Source of the DNA: an uncultured Methanosarcinales archaeon
GTDB taxonomy: Archaea > Nanobdellota > Nanobdellia > Woesearchaeales > CAYSVS01
Reading direction: 5' to 3'
NCBI GenBank assembly: GCA_964589485.1
Contig: CAZPRK010000002.1
Span: 49,825-113,824 of the forward strand
DNA: 64,000 nucleotides
The notes below the pieces were generated by a model. The model searched no databases, was not told the origin of the DNA, and saw only the letters and a program-made list of their open reading frames with translations. This document shows, in pieces, positions 39,967 through 49,726 of the stretch. Each line of letters begins with the position of its first letter. Position 1 is the stretch's first letter. Made by a program: the position numbers and the translations under genes.

Positions 39967-41223
39967 ATGAAAGGAGTGAAAATTTTCACAATGTTCGTCT
40001 TATTAACTTTGGCGACTGTTGGCATTGCATCAGCAATCCCTGTTACAGGAGTAGAAGTTAAATTAAATGGCCATGTGTACAATACAGGTGAAACTGTAAA
40101 AGTAGAAAGAGGCGAAGAATTAGAAATATCTTTTAAGATGACTGCTGATAGTAATGTTAGTAATGTCGATCTAAGAGCTTTTATTGCTGGGTATGAATAC
40201 AGTAATAGAGAAAGTACATCAGATTCTGAGTTTTTCTTAAATTTAGAAGAAGGTGTAACTTACCAAGAAAAGTTAACAATTGATATACCAGAGAAAGCAG
40301 ATAAAGACCAATATTTGTTAAGAGTTTACTTAGCAGATAGAGGATCAATCGCAACAGAATTTACTTACAATTTAAAAGTTGAATCAAAGGAAAAAGATGT
40401 AACTATTAAAGATGTAATTCTAAGTCCTGAGTCAAAAGTTAAACAAGGAAGAGCTTTGTTTGTTATGGCAAGGATTAAGAACACAGGTATGCAAGATGAA
40501 GAAGGTATTAGTGTAAGAGCAGCAATTCCAGAATTAGGAATTTCAAATAGAGTTTATTTAGATGAACTTGAAGCAGAAGACACTGAAACTACAGAAGAAA
40601 TTTTGTTACAAATACCTAAGTGTGCTGAACCAAAAGATTACACTGTTGTTACAACTGTAGAATTTGACGAAGGTTTCAAAACTTCAACTGAAGAATCCAC
40701 TATTAGGGTTCAAGATGCAGGAGTATGTGAAGCTGGAAGTTCAACAAGCGAATCAAAAACAATTATCAACGTAGGACCACAAATCCAAGATGTTGTTAAA
40801 GGTCAGAGTGGATCAGTTTATTCACTAACTTTGAACAATTTAGGAGCAACTTCCAAAACTTTTACAGTTGGTGTAGAAGCAGGAAATTGGGCTAATGTTC
40901 AAATGTCCCCAAGCAATGTAGTTGTTTTAGGTCCAAATGAAGCTAAAGCTGTTTACGTGCAAGTTAGCGCAAATGATAACGCAGTTGCTGGTGAGCAAAT
41001 GTTTGCATTAAGCGTTAAGTCAGGCGATCAAGTTTTAAAGGAAATACCTTTGAAATCTAATGTTGTTGAACCTGCTACTGCTAGTGGATCAAAGCTTAAG
41101 AAAGGCTTAGAAGTTGGATTAGTTGTTTTAGTAGTATTGTTAGTTGTTTTAGGATTAATCATTGGCTTTAACAGATTAAAATCTGATGAAGACGATTCTG
41201 AATCTGGACAAACTTACTATTAA
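39967..41223 (+). CDS. Cell-surface protein with signal peptide, CARDB-like beta-rich domains and a C-terminal TM anchor
   Basis: Start at ATG 39967 with GGAGGG 8 nt upstream. The track's 39952 start is a TTG lying inside the RBS. Signal peptide MKGVKIFTMFVLLTLATVGIASA. C-terminal TM GLEVGLVVLVVLLVVLGLIIGF followed by an acidic tail. Confidence 0.7.
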   Translation: MKGVKIFTMFVLLTLATVGIASAIPVTGVEVKLNGHVYNTGETVKVERGEELEISFKMTADSNVSNVDLRAFIAGYEYSNRESTSDSEFFLNLEEGVTYQEKLTIDIPEKADKDQYLLRVYLADRGSIATEFTYNLKVESKEKDVTIKDVILSPESKVKQGRALFVMARIKNTGMQDEEGISVRAAIPELGISNRVYLDELEAEDTETTEEILLQIPKCAEPKDYTVVTTVEFDEGFKTSTEESTIRVQDAGVCEAGSSTSESKTIINVGPQIQDVVKGQSGSVYSLTLNNLGATSKTFTVGVEAGNWANVQMSPSNVVVLGPNEAKAVYVQVSANDNAVAGEQMFALSVKSGDQVLKEIPLKSNVVEPATASGSKLKKGLEVGLVVLVVLLVVLGLIIGFNRLKSDEDDSESGQTYY

Positions 41224-41261
41224 TTTTTTTTTTTTTAATATATTTATTTTGAGGGGGTTAA

Positions 41262-43502
41262 ATGCGTAATATCTTAATATTCTTAATTATTGTATCTATT
41301 TTAAGTGTTAGTGTTAGTGCAGATTTTAATTTTTATTCAACTAATTCTGAAATGATGACGTGTGAATATAATCCAAGTAACATTGATGTGTTAGGAGTAC
41401 AAAATATAGGAACATCTGCTTCAAATTATCAAATAAAATTATCTGGAGATAATAAATGGTCTAAAGTTTATCCTAATAAATTTTTCCTTCCAAGTGGATC
41501 TACTCAGTTAATTAATTTATTTAGTGAAGCACCAACAGGAGCATATGATTTTGATATTATAGTTTACCCTGATTTCGGTTTACCTAAAGTTCTAAAAAAG
41601 AAAATTATTGTTGATAAGTGTATTAATGTTCAATTAATTGCGAAAAAAGCAGGTGTAGGTGCATGTGCAGGGAAATATATAGAAATTCCTTTAGAAATTA
41701 CTAATAGAGGTGTATTTGAGGAAGAATATTTTTTATCTGTTGATGCTTTTGGTGAAGAAAATTTTAGTAAGAATAATTTTAAATTAAAACCAAGTGAAAG
41801 TTTATCTGTTGTATATTCTAATAATTTACCTAAAGATTTTTTTGGAAATAAAACAATTACAATTAAAGTTAAAGCATTGAAATCTGGATTAATTTCTAAA
41901 TTAGAAATTCCTATTAAAATAAACAACTGTTATAACTTTGATATTAAAGCAAATAATAATGTTCAAGTGTGTAATAATGATAAACAAAACATTACATTTA
42001 CTGTTAATAATTTAGCTAGTTTAAATACAAAAGTTGATTTAGAATTAAATTCACCTTATTGGGTTAAACTTAATAGTAAGAATGTGAATTTAGAAGGAAA
42101 TTCTAATAAGTTTGTAAATGTTGAAATTAATTCTGATAAAGCTCAAGAAACAAATATTACTTTATCCGGTAAAGCATTTGGAAAAGAAGTAAATAAAGTA
42201 GTGAAAATTAAGTCAATTGAATGTTATGATTTAGATATTAAGTCTGAAATTAGAAAAGATGTTTGTGCGTGTAATAAGGAAAAATATGATTTAATTATTC
42301 AGAATAAAGGTAATAAAGATGATTTGGTTTTAGATGTATTTTCAGAAAAAATAAATTTTCATAAACAAAAAAGTATCTTATTAAATACAAAAAATAAAGT
42401 AACTTATGATTTTGATTTAGATATTCCTTGTTCAAGTATTGGAACTGGAGAAATACAATCTATTGCTACATCTAATGGAGAAATTAGAAAAAAAAATTCA
42501 ACAATTTTAAACATTTATTCTCCTTATAAATGTAAACAAGCTGAATTTAAAGTAAATAAATTTAAGTTTACTAACGATGAAAGTAAAAGGTTTACTTTAG
42601 ATGTCATTAATACTGGAATAAAAAGAGCTTCTTATAAAATAAATGCTTATCCTGTAGATTTAGTTACATTTAACATAAGAAATGTTGTTTTAGAACCTGG
42701 TAAAAGTTTTAGTGTTCCTTTTTCTTTAACTAAAGATGATACTGGTATTTATTCAGTTTTGTTTAGTGCAGTTTCTAAGGATCAAAATTATGAACAAGAA
42801 TTTTTATTTGTAGTTGGTGATGTTCATAAATCAAAAGTTGCAATGTATACTTATGGCTTCATAGGATTAATTATTTTACTTTTAATATTGAATTTTGTAA
42901 GAAAAAAAATTCAAAAGTCTAAAAGAAATTTTAAAAAAATATTTACTATTTCATTTTTAATAGTTTTATTAGGTTATTTGTTATATTTATTTTATCAAAA
43001 ATTCGGATTAAAATTCTTTAATTATTTAAGAAATGTGGATTATGGAGAATTATTTTCAAAATTATCAAAAAATTCAGAACTATTATTACATGATTTAGGG
43101 AATTCTTTAAGTATAGGCGTAAATTATGTTATTTTATTTTTGAAGTTATATGGTTTGTATTTAATAGTGGGTTTAATTATATTGTTTACCCTAATATTCA
43201 TTTTTGAGAAGAGAAATAAATTTAAAAGCTTATTGGTAAGTAAAAAACGTGATGTGAAAGTGGAAGAAGTAACAAAGAAAAAATCTAACTTTTTTGATTT
43301 TGTTTTGAATTTCTTTTTTGAAATAGAAAAAGTAGAAGTAAAGACTGAAGAACCTGTGAAAGTAAAACCTAAAAAAATTAAAACAGAAGTTCCTAAGGAA
43401 GTTAAATCTAAAAAAGTTACTAAGAAAGTAGCAAAAAAGAAAACTGATATACCTGAACCTTGGAGTAAAGTAAAAAAATACAAAAAGGTTAATAAAGATT
43501 AA
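41262..43502 (+). CDS. Cell-surface protein with signal peptide, CARDB-like repeats, C-terminal TM segments and a Lys-rich cytoplasmic tail
   Basis: RBS GAGGGGG upstream. Two TM helices near aa 520-640, then KKVKPKKIKTEVPKEVKSKKVTKKVAKKK. Confidence 0.65.
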   Translation: MRNILIFLIIVSILSVSVSADFNFYSTNSEMMTCEYNPSNIDVLGVQNIGTSASNYQIKLSGDNKWSKVYPNKFFLPSGSTQLINLFSEAPTGAYDFDIIVYPDFGLPKVLKKKIIVDKCINVQLIAKKAGVGACAGKYIEIPLEITNRGVFEEEYFLSVDAFGEENFSKNNFKLKPSESLSVVYSNNLPKDFFGNKTITIKVKALKSGLISKLEIPIKINNCYNFDIKANNNVQVCNNDKQNITFTVNNLASLNTKVDLELNSPYWVKLNSKNVNLEGNSNKFVNVEINSDKAQETNITLSGKAFGKEVNKVVKIKSIECYDLDIKSEIRKDVCACNKEKYDLIIQNKGNKDDLVLDVFSEKINFHKQKSILLNTKNKVTYDFDLDIPCSSIGTGEIQSIATSNGEIRKKNSTILNIYSPYKCKQAEFKVNKFKFTNDESKRFTLDVINTGIKRASYKINAYPVDLVTFNIRNVVLEPGKSFSVPFSLTKDDTGIYSVLFSAVSKDQNYEQEFLFVVGDVHKSKVAMYTYGFIGLIILLLILNFVRKKIQKSKRNFKKIFTISFLIVLLGYLLYLFYQKFGLKFFNYLRNVDYGELFSKLSKNSELLLHDLGNSLSIGVNYVILFLKLYGLYLIVGLIILFTLIFIFEKRNKFKSLLVSKKRDVKVEEVTKKKSNFFDFVLNFFFEIEKVEVKTEEPVKVKPKKIKTEVPKEVKSKKVTKKVAKKKTDIPEPWSKVKKYKKVNKD

Positions 43503-43520
43503 ACTTAGAGCTGCTATTTA

Positions 43521-44588
43521 ATGATAAATGTAATAGGAGCAGGTCCAGTTGGAGCTTTTGCGGCTCAATCTTTATCTGAAAAAGGTTTTGATGTTAATCT
43601 TTATGAAGAAGATAAAGCTATAGGGAAACCAGTTCAATGTACGGGTTTGTTAACTAAAGATTTCTTAAAATATTTTAAAAATTATGAATTAGATGATTTT
43701 GTTGTTAATAAAATAAAAAATATTAGAATTGTTAGTGGAGAAAGTTTTACTATTCCGGTAAATGAATATATAGTAGATCGAACTTTGTTTGATAGTTATC
43801 TTGTTAAAAGAGCTCAAAATAATGGAGTAAATTTATTTTCTCATCATAAATTTATTTCTAAAGATGATGAATATATTTATTTTGAAAATGGAGTTAAACA
43901 AAAATATGATTTTGTAATTGGTTCCGATGGACCTAGAAGTAGTGTAGCAAAACAATTTGAAATGGGTGGAAAGAGAGAATTTTGGATGGGTATGCAAGCT
44001 AAAGTTAAACTTGAAAGTAATCCTGATGAATATGTTGTTTATTTTGATCAAGAAAAATACCCTGGCTTTTTTGCTTGGCAAGTTCCTGAAGATGAAACTT
44101 ATTCTCGGGTTGGAGTAGCAGGAATAAGGCCAAAAAAAGCTTTTGAAGAATTGTTAAAAGAATTAGGTGTAAAAGATATAGTTGAATATCAATGTGGTTT
44201 AATTCCTATGTACGATAGAAGTATAGTTTCTCAGAAAGATAACGCTTATTTAATCGGAGATGCTGCATTACAAGTAAAAGCAACTACTGGTGGCGGAATT
44301 GTTCCAGGGATGAATGCTGTAAAATATTTAACTGATTCAATTGAAAATAATTCAAATTATGATGTAAATTGGAAAAGAAAATTGGGACTTAATTTACATT
44401 TAAAAATACGAAATGTTTTAGATAAATTTTCTAATAGTGATTATGAAAAGTTAGTTAATTTAATGTCCACTGAAAAAGTTGTTAAAGTTATGGGTGAAAC
44501 TTCTCGTGATGATGTCGTTAAATTAGCTTTTAAAATGGCTATCGCACAACCAAGGTTAATTTCTTTTTTACCAAAGTTATTTAAATAA
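43521..44588 (+). CDS. Geranylgeranyl reductase family FAD-dependent oxidoreductase (digeranylgeranylglycerophospholipid reductase-like)
   Basis: MINVIGAGPVGAFAAQSL FAD-binding GxGxxG motif and the IGDAALQVKATTGGGI motif typical of archaeal GGR. Confidence 0.8.
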   Translation: MINVIGAGPVGAFAAQSLSEKGFDVNLYEEDKAIGKPVQCTGLLTKDFLKYFKNYELDDFVVNKIKNIRIVSGESFTIPVNEYIVDRTLFDSYLVKRAQNNGVNLFSHHKFISKDDEYIYFENGVKQKYDFVIGSDGPRSSVAKQFEMGGKREFWMGMQAKVKLESNPDEYVVYFDQEKYPGFFAWQVPEDETYSRVGVAGIRPKKAFEELLKELGVKDIVEYQCGLIPMYDRSIVSQKDNAYLIGDAALQVKATTGGGIVPGMNAVKYLTDSIENNSNYDVNWKRKLGLNLHLKIRNVLDKFSNSDYEKLVNLMSTEKVVKVMGETSRDDVVKLAFKMAIAQPRLISFLPKLFK

Positions 44589-44606
44589 TAAAAGGAATGT
44601 GATTTT

Positions 44607-44987
44607 ATGTCGGAAACAAAGTTATGGGCAATTTTTGTTGTACTTTTTTGTACTTTATTCACATCAACTGCTCAAATTTTACTAAAAACTGGAATAAATA
44701 ACTTTAATTTAAGTTCTTTATTGACAAATTATACATTAATAGGTGGGTTGGTTATTTATGCATTAGGTGCAGTATTATTGATAATTAGTTTTAAAGGTGG
44801 AGAAGTAACTGTTATTTATCCTGTTTTTGCCACTAGTTATATTTGGGTTTTATTATTATCTGTATTTTTTCTTGATGAAGCATTTACATTTTATAAAATT
44901 GCATCTATATTGTTAATAATTACTGGAATTTTTTTTGTTACCAAAGGTGGTAGAAAAATGTATAGTGAGGCTGAGCCAATTGACTGA
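44607..44987 (+). CDS. 4-TM small multidrug resistance/EamA-type membrane protein (ArnE/ArnF-like flippase subunit)
   Basis: 126 aa, four hydrophobic helices. Confidence 0.55.
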   Translation: MSETKLWAIFVVLFCTLFTSTAQILLKTGINNFNLSSLLTNYTLIGGLVIYALGAVLLIISFKGGEVTVIYPVFATSYIWVLLLSVFFLDEAFTFYKIASILLIITGIFFVTKGGRKMYSEAEPID

Positions 44988-45321
44988 ATTATGGGCTATA
45001 TTGTTAACTTTATTTTCTTCTTTAATCGGAAGTTTAGGGCCAATATATGTTAAAAAAGGAACTGATATTTTAAACTTAAAAACTATTCATAGAAATCATT
45101 ATTTAATATTTGGAGTTTTAATTTATGGTATATCTCTTTTTTTATTTATGATTGCAATGAGAGGGGGAGAAATTTCAGTATTATATCCTATAGTTTCAAC
45201 TAGTTACATTTGGATTGCTTTTTTATCTAAGCGGAAGTTAAATGAAAAAATGAATACTTATAAATGGGCAGGGATTTTTTTAATAATTGTTGGTGTAACT
45301 TTACTTGCTATAACTAGTTAA
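44964..45321 (+). CDS. Second 4-TM SMR/EamA-type membrane protein; overlaps upstream partner
   Basis: Homologous to the preceding ORF. The start is uncertain: the track uses TTG 44935, while GTG 44964 or TTG 44976 give shorter overlaps. Confidence 0.45.
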
Positions 45322-45392
45322 ACTTCGACTATAAATTTAGCAAAAGATTTATAAATGGACTTCTTTTTTGGTTTTACTAAGGGGAAATTATA

Positions 45393-48386
45393 ATGGAGAA
45401 TCATGAAGAGAAAAAAGAAGAAAATATTGACTTTAAAAAAGTTCTAGGGAAGACTAAAGACTATTTTAAAAATCCTCCATTTATGACTTTTTTTAAGAAT
45501 AATAAAACTTGGATTATTCCTGTTTTATGTTTAATTATTGCTATGTCTTTTAGTATATTTATGAGAATTCAACCTGATTATTTACCAATTACAGATAGAT
45601 GGGCTGCAAGTAACATCGATAGTGGAATAAGAAGTCAAGTGAAAGGACAAATAGATAGACAATATCCTAACCTTCCTGATGAAAATAAAGTTTCTTTAAT
45701 TGACGCAGAAGTTGCAAAAACATATCAACAACATGGAGCTGCAATTGAACAACAAAAGCAACAAATAAGTCAAGGTTTAAAGGCCCAATTACAAGACGAA
45801 AATGGTCAAACTTATTTATTGGCAATTGATCCTTATTATTGGTATGGCTTGGCCAGAAATAAAGTAAATAATGGTCATTATGGAGATAAATTTAATGAAA
45901 ATAAAGATAGTGTTTATACATTAAGAGATGGAAGAATTGATAAAAAAGTTCCGCAAGCATTAAATCCAGTAGCAATGTTTTATTTATATAAAATTATGAA
46001 TTTTTTTAACAGGGATGTAACTTTGTTTAAAGCTGCATTTTATTTGCCAATGCTTTTGGTTACTTTGGCAGTAATTCCTATTTTCTTTATTACACGAAAA
46101 TTGGCAGGAAATTTTGGAGGGTTATTTGCTGGAATTATTTTTTCAGTTAATGGTGCGTTATTAGCTAGAACTCCTGCAGGTTTTGCTGATACTGACCCAT
46201 ATAATGTATTATTTCCTGCATTTATTGCATGGATGTTATTGGAAGCTTTAGATGCAGAAAAACATAGCTTTAAAATTTTATTTGCTACATTATCTGGATT
46301 AGTAACTGGGTTATTTGCTTGGGCTTGGTCAGGATGGGGATTTATGTATGACTTTGTTTTAGCTACATTAGGTGTAACTTTTGTATATTATGTGTTTGTT
46401 AATAGAAAACATTTAACATTTAGGAATTTATTTAAAGATTTTAAAGTTATAGGGTTTATTCAACTTGGGGTTACTTATTTATTGGCTTCAGGTGTTTTTG
46501 TTACATTATTTTCTTCATATAAAACATATACTGCAGCGTTATTAAAACCATTGAAATTTATTAATATTAAAGCTGTTGCTGTAGATAGTGTATGGCCAAA
46601 TGTAATGACAACAGTTGCTGAATTTAATGTTGTCAATATTTCTAATATAATGAGTCAAATGGGTGGTAGGTTTTTATTTTTCTTATCAGTGATTGGTATT
46701 TTTTTAGCATTACTTAAAAAAGATAAAAATAATCATAGAGATGTTGGATATTTCTTTTTGTTGGCAATTTGGTTTATTGGAACAACATTTGCGTTTACTA
46801 GAGGAACTAGATTTGCATTATTGATGGTGCCTGCATTCGCTATAGCTTTAGGTGTAACTATTGGTGTAGTTTATACAAAGTTAAGTAGTTGGTTATCCAG
46901 TGAACTTAATGTGAATAAAAGGTTATCTCAAACTGTTTTATTTTTAATTCTAGCCTTATTATTAATAGGTCCAGTAAAAACAGCATACGGAATTAGTTTA
47001 AATGAAATTCCTTCTTTTAATGATGGGTGGAATAACGAGTTAACTAAAATAAAAAAAGCATCTGAAGATTCTATTATAACATCTTGGTGGGACTTTGGTC
47101 ATTGGTTTGTTGCAATGGGAAATACAAGAGTTACGTTTGATGGTGGAGATCAAGGAAAAAGAATTCATTGGGTTGGTAGGAGTTTATTAACAGATGATGA
47201 AACTGAAGCAAATGCAATATTAAGAATGTTAAATTGTGGACAAGAAAAAGGTGAAGAGTTATTATCTGAATATATGGGAAGTGAATATGTTGCTGTTAAA
47301 TTATTAAAAGAAATTATTATGTTGGATGATAAAAGTGCAAAATTAAAGTTAATTGAGAAAGGTTTAACTGAAGAACGATCAAATGAAGTTTTAACTTTAA
47401 CTCATTGTAATGATTTAATAGATAATTATTACATTACTTCACAAGATATGGTTGGAAAGTCAGGAGTATGGGGACATTTTGGTAGTTGGGATTTTGATAA
47501 AGCTGCAATGTATAACCAAGTTAGAACTTTAGAATATAATGATGGAGTTTCTATTTTATCAAATGAATTTGGTTTAAGTGATGATTTAGCAGATAGATAT
47601 TTTTATGAAATTAAGAATCAAGACCCTGATAGGTGGATAAGTCCTTGGCCTGGATATGCGTCAGGTGTTTCTTCATGTTCAAAGACTGATAATTTAGTTA
47701 AATGTGGAAATGGTTTAGAAGTTAACTTAGATACATTTGATGCTTTTGTTTATCCTCAACAAGGAAAATCACGTATTAAAAGTTTAGCTTATATTGACAA
47801 TAATAACGAATATCAATTAAAAGAATTTGATCCTGAAGTTAACTTTGGAGCTATATTAATTCCTAACGGAAATAGTTTTAATTCAGTATTAACTTCACCA
47901 GAACAAACTGGATCAATGTTTTCCAGACTTTATTTTTTAGGTGGACATGGTTTAAAACATTTTCAACCTTTTAGTAGAACTAGAACATTTAACGGATTAA
48001 ATATTTATACTTATAAAATAGATTTTCAAGGTGGGGAAAAAGTTATTGATGAAAATTTATTACCGCCTTTAGAATTAAGCGCTCAACATATTTTATTAAA
48101 ATCAAGTGATAATGAATCTTTAAAAAGAATAACTGAAATAAGAAATTTAGCTCTTACTTCTGATTTTGGGGATTTGGCAACAAAGTATTCTCAAGGTCCA
48201 ACTAATGCAACTAAGGGTGAATTAGGTTGGTTTTCTAAAGGTATGATGGTTAAACCTTTTGAAGAAGCTGCATATGCTTTAGAAATTGGAGAAATATCTG
48301 AGCCAGTATTAACACAATTTGGATATCATATAATTAAGATAAATGCTAAGCGGAGAGGATCTGTAGAGGAAAATGGATTCAAATGA
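45393..48386 (+). CDS. aglB: Oligosaccharyltransferase AglB (STT3 family) with a C-terminal parvulin-type peptidyl-prolyl isomerase (PpiC) domain
   Basis: 997 aa. Multi-TM N-terminal half, then SWWDFGHWFVAMGN (the WWDYG catalytic motif). The last about 95 aa (SAQHILLKSS...GELGWFSKGMMVKPFEEAAYALEIGEISEPVLTQFGYHIIK) are a canonical parvulin/PpiC rotamase domain. Confidence 0.8.
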   Translation: MENHEEKKEENIDFKKVLGKTKDYFKNPPFMTFFKNNKTWIIPVLCLIIAMSFSIFMRIQPDYLPITDRWAASNIDSGIRSQVKGQIDRQYPNLPDENKVSLIDAEVAKTYQQHGAAIEQQKQQISQGLKAQLQDENGQTYLLAIDPYYWYGLARNKVNNGHYGDKFNENKDSVYTLRDGRIDKKVPQALNPVAMFYLYKIMNFFNRDVTLFKAAFYLPMLLVTLAVIPIFFITRKLAGNFGGLFAGIIFSVNGALLARTPAGFADTDPYNVLFPAFIAWMLLEALDAEKHSFKILFATLSGLVTGLFAWAWSGWGFMYDFVLATLGVTFVYYVFVNRKHLTFRNLFKDFKVIGFIQLGVTYLLASGVFVTLFSSYKTYTAALLKPLKFINIKAVAVDSVWPNVMTTVAEFNVVNISNIMSQMGGRFLFFLSVIGIFLALLKKDKNNHRDVGYFFLLAIWFIGTTFAFTRGTRFALLMVPAFAIALGVTIGVVYTKLSSWLSSELNVNKRLSQTVLFLILALLLIGPVKTAYGISLNEIPSFNDGWNNELTKIKKASEDSIITSWWDFGHWFVAMGNTRVTFDGGDQGKRIHWVGRSLLTDDETEANAILRMLNCGQEKGEELLSEYMGSEYVAVKLLKEIIMLDDKSAKLKLIEKGLTEERSNEVLTLTHCNDLIDNYYITSQDMVGKSGVWGHFGSWDFDKAAMYNQVRTLEYNDGVSILSNEFGLSDDLADRYFYEIKNQDPDRWISPWPGYASGVSSCSKTDNLVKCGNGLEVNLDTFDAFVYPQQGKSRIKSLAYIDNNNEYQLKEFDPEVNFGAILIPNGNSFNSVLTSPEQTGSMFSRLYFLGGHGLKHFQPFSRTRTFNGLNIYTYKIDFQGGEKVIDENLLPPLELSAQHILLKSSDNESLKRITEIRNLALTSDFGDLATKYSQGPTNATKGELGWFSKGMMVKPFEEAAYALEIGEISEPVLTQFGYHIIKINAKRRGSVEENGFK

Positions 48387-49035
48387 TGTTTGGGTTGTGG
48401 TTCCGGCTTGTAATGAGGAACAACATATTTCTTTAGTTCTTAATGATATTAAAAAATATACTAATAATATTATTTTGGTTGATGATGGAAGTAAAGATAA
48501 TACTGTTAAAATTTCTGAAGGTTTAGGTGTAATTGTATTAAAACATATGTTTAACTTAGGAAAGGGCGCAGCATTAAAGACAGGGTGTGACTTTGCTTTA
48601 AAGAAAAAGGCAAATAAAATTATAGTTATTGATTCAGATGGACAACATAAACCTGAAAATATTCCTGATTTTTTGAAAGCTCTAGAAACTAATGATATTG
48701 TTTTTAGTTATAGGACTCAAAGGGATGTTATGCCTTTAGTATTACGTTTTGGGAATTGGGTTATTAATACTGTATCTTATTTCTTATTTGGATTAAAATT
48801 AAAAGATACTCAATGTGGATACAGAGGGTTTACAAGTAATGCATATAAATTAGTTAAATGGGAAGCAGTTGATTATTTTATGGAATCTGAGATGGTTGCA
48901 AAAGCTGGAAGAGCTAAATTAAAGTATGTTCAAATTCCAATTGATACAATTTATAGTAACAAATATAAGGGAACTACTGTTTTAGATGGAATAAGGATTG
49001 TATTAAACATGTTTATTTGGAGGTTATTTAAATGA
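48373..49035 (+). CDS. GT2 dolichyl-phosphate sugar synthase-like glycosyltransferase (DPM1/AglD/AglJ-like)
   Basis: VVVPACNEEQHI...IILVDDGSKDNT; 220 aa. Confidence 0.8.
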   Translation: MDSNDVWVVVPACNEEQHISLVLNDIKKYTNNIILVDDGSKDNTVKISEGLGVIVLKHMFNLGKGAALKTGCDFALKKKANKIIVIDSDGQHKPENIPDFLKALETNDIVFSYRTQRDVMPLVLRFGNWVINTVSYFLFGLKLKDTQCGYRGFTSNAYKLVKWEAVDYFMESEMVAKAGRAKLKYVQIPIDTIYSNKYKGTTVLDGIRIVLNMFIWRLFK

Positions 49036-49358
49036 TATTAGGAATACAAATGGTTGGTATTTTATTTGGGTTACTTATGTTATATTTTGCATTTATTCAT
49101 TTTAAAAGAAAAGAAATGAAAAATTTTGAATTTTCAATTTGGTTTATTGTTTGGATTTTTTTTGTATTTTTAACAATTTTCCCAAATAGTTTAGATTTTA
49201 TAGCTACAACTTTAAATTTAGTAAGAACAATGGACTTTTTAACAGTTATGGGTTTTTTATTTTTGATAGGTTTAACTTATCATAATTATTTTGTAACTAA
49301 AAAGAACGAAAAGAATATTGAGAAAATTGTACGAGAAATATCATTAAAAGATAAGTAA
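49032..49358 (+). CDS. Small 3-TM membrane protein (DUF2304-like partner of the Dol-P glycosyltransferase)
   Basis: 108 aa with three hydrophobic helices. ATGA overlap with the upstream GT2 gene. Confidence 0.45.
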   Translation: MILGIQMVGILFGLLMLYFAFIHFKRKEMKNFEFSIWFIVWIFFVFLTIFPNSLDFIATTLNLVRTMDFLTVMGFLFLIGLTYHNYFVTKKNEKNIEKIVREISLKDK

Positions 49359-49390
49359 AGTTTATAAATTGCTTTTTCTTTTTAATTCTC

Positions 49391-49726
49391 ATGTACAAAT
49401 TTAAAGATTTAAGAAAGAAAGTTACACATAGTAAAGTATATTTACAAAGAACAATGTCATGGCTTAGCATGGCAAATGCAGGAATGATTTTATTTTTAGT
49501 GTTAAGTAAATTACAAGATTATGGCTATAAAATATATATAACTTATTGGATTATTCCAATATATTTATTATTTTTTTTGTTATTGATTTTGTTTGGTTTT
49601 ATCGAGGATAAACTTGGGTTTCATAGGGAAGAAAAAAAGTTAAATGAAGATAGAAGTCCTTATGTTAAAGAATTATTTAAAAGAATGGATAGGTTAGAAC
49701 GTAAAATTAACGGATTGAAAAAATGA
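49391..49726 (+). CDS. Small membrane protein, hypothetical
   Basis: 111 aa with two hydrophobic helices and a basic C-terminus. Overlaps the downstream GT4 start. Confidence 0.35.
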   Translation: MYKFKDLRKKVTHSKVYLQRTMSWLSMANAGMILFLVLSKLQDYGYKIYITYWIIPIYLLFFLLLILFGFIEDKLGFHREEKKLNEDRSPYVKELFKRMDRLERKINGLKK

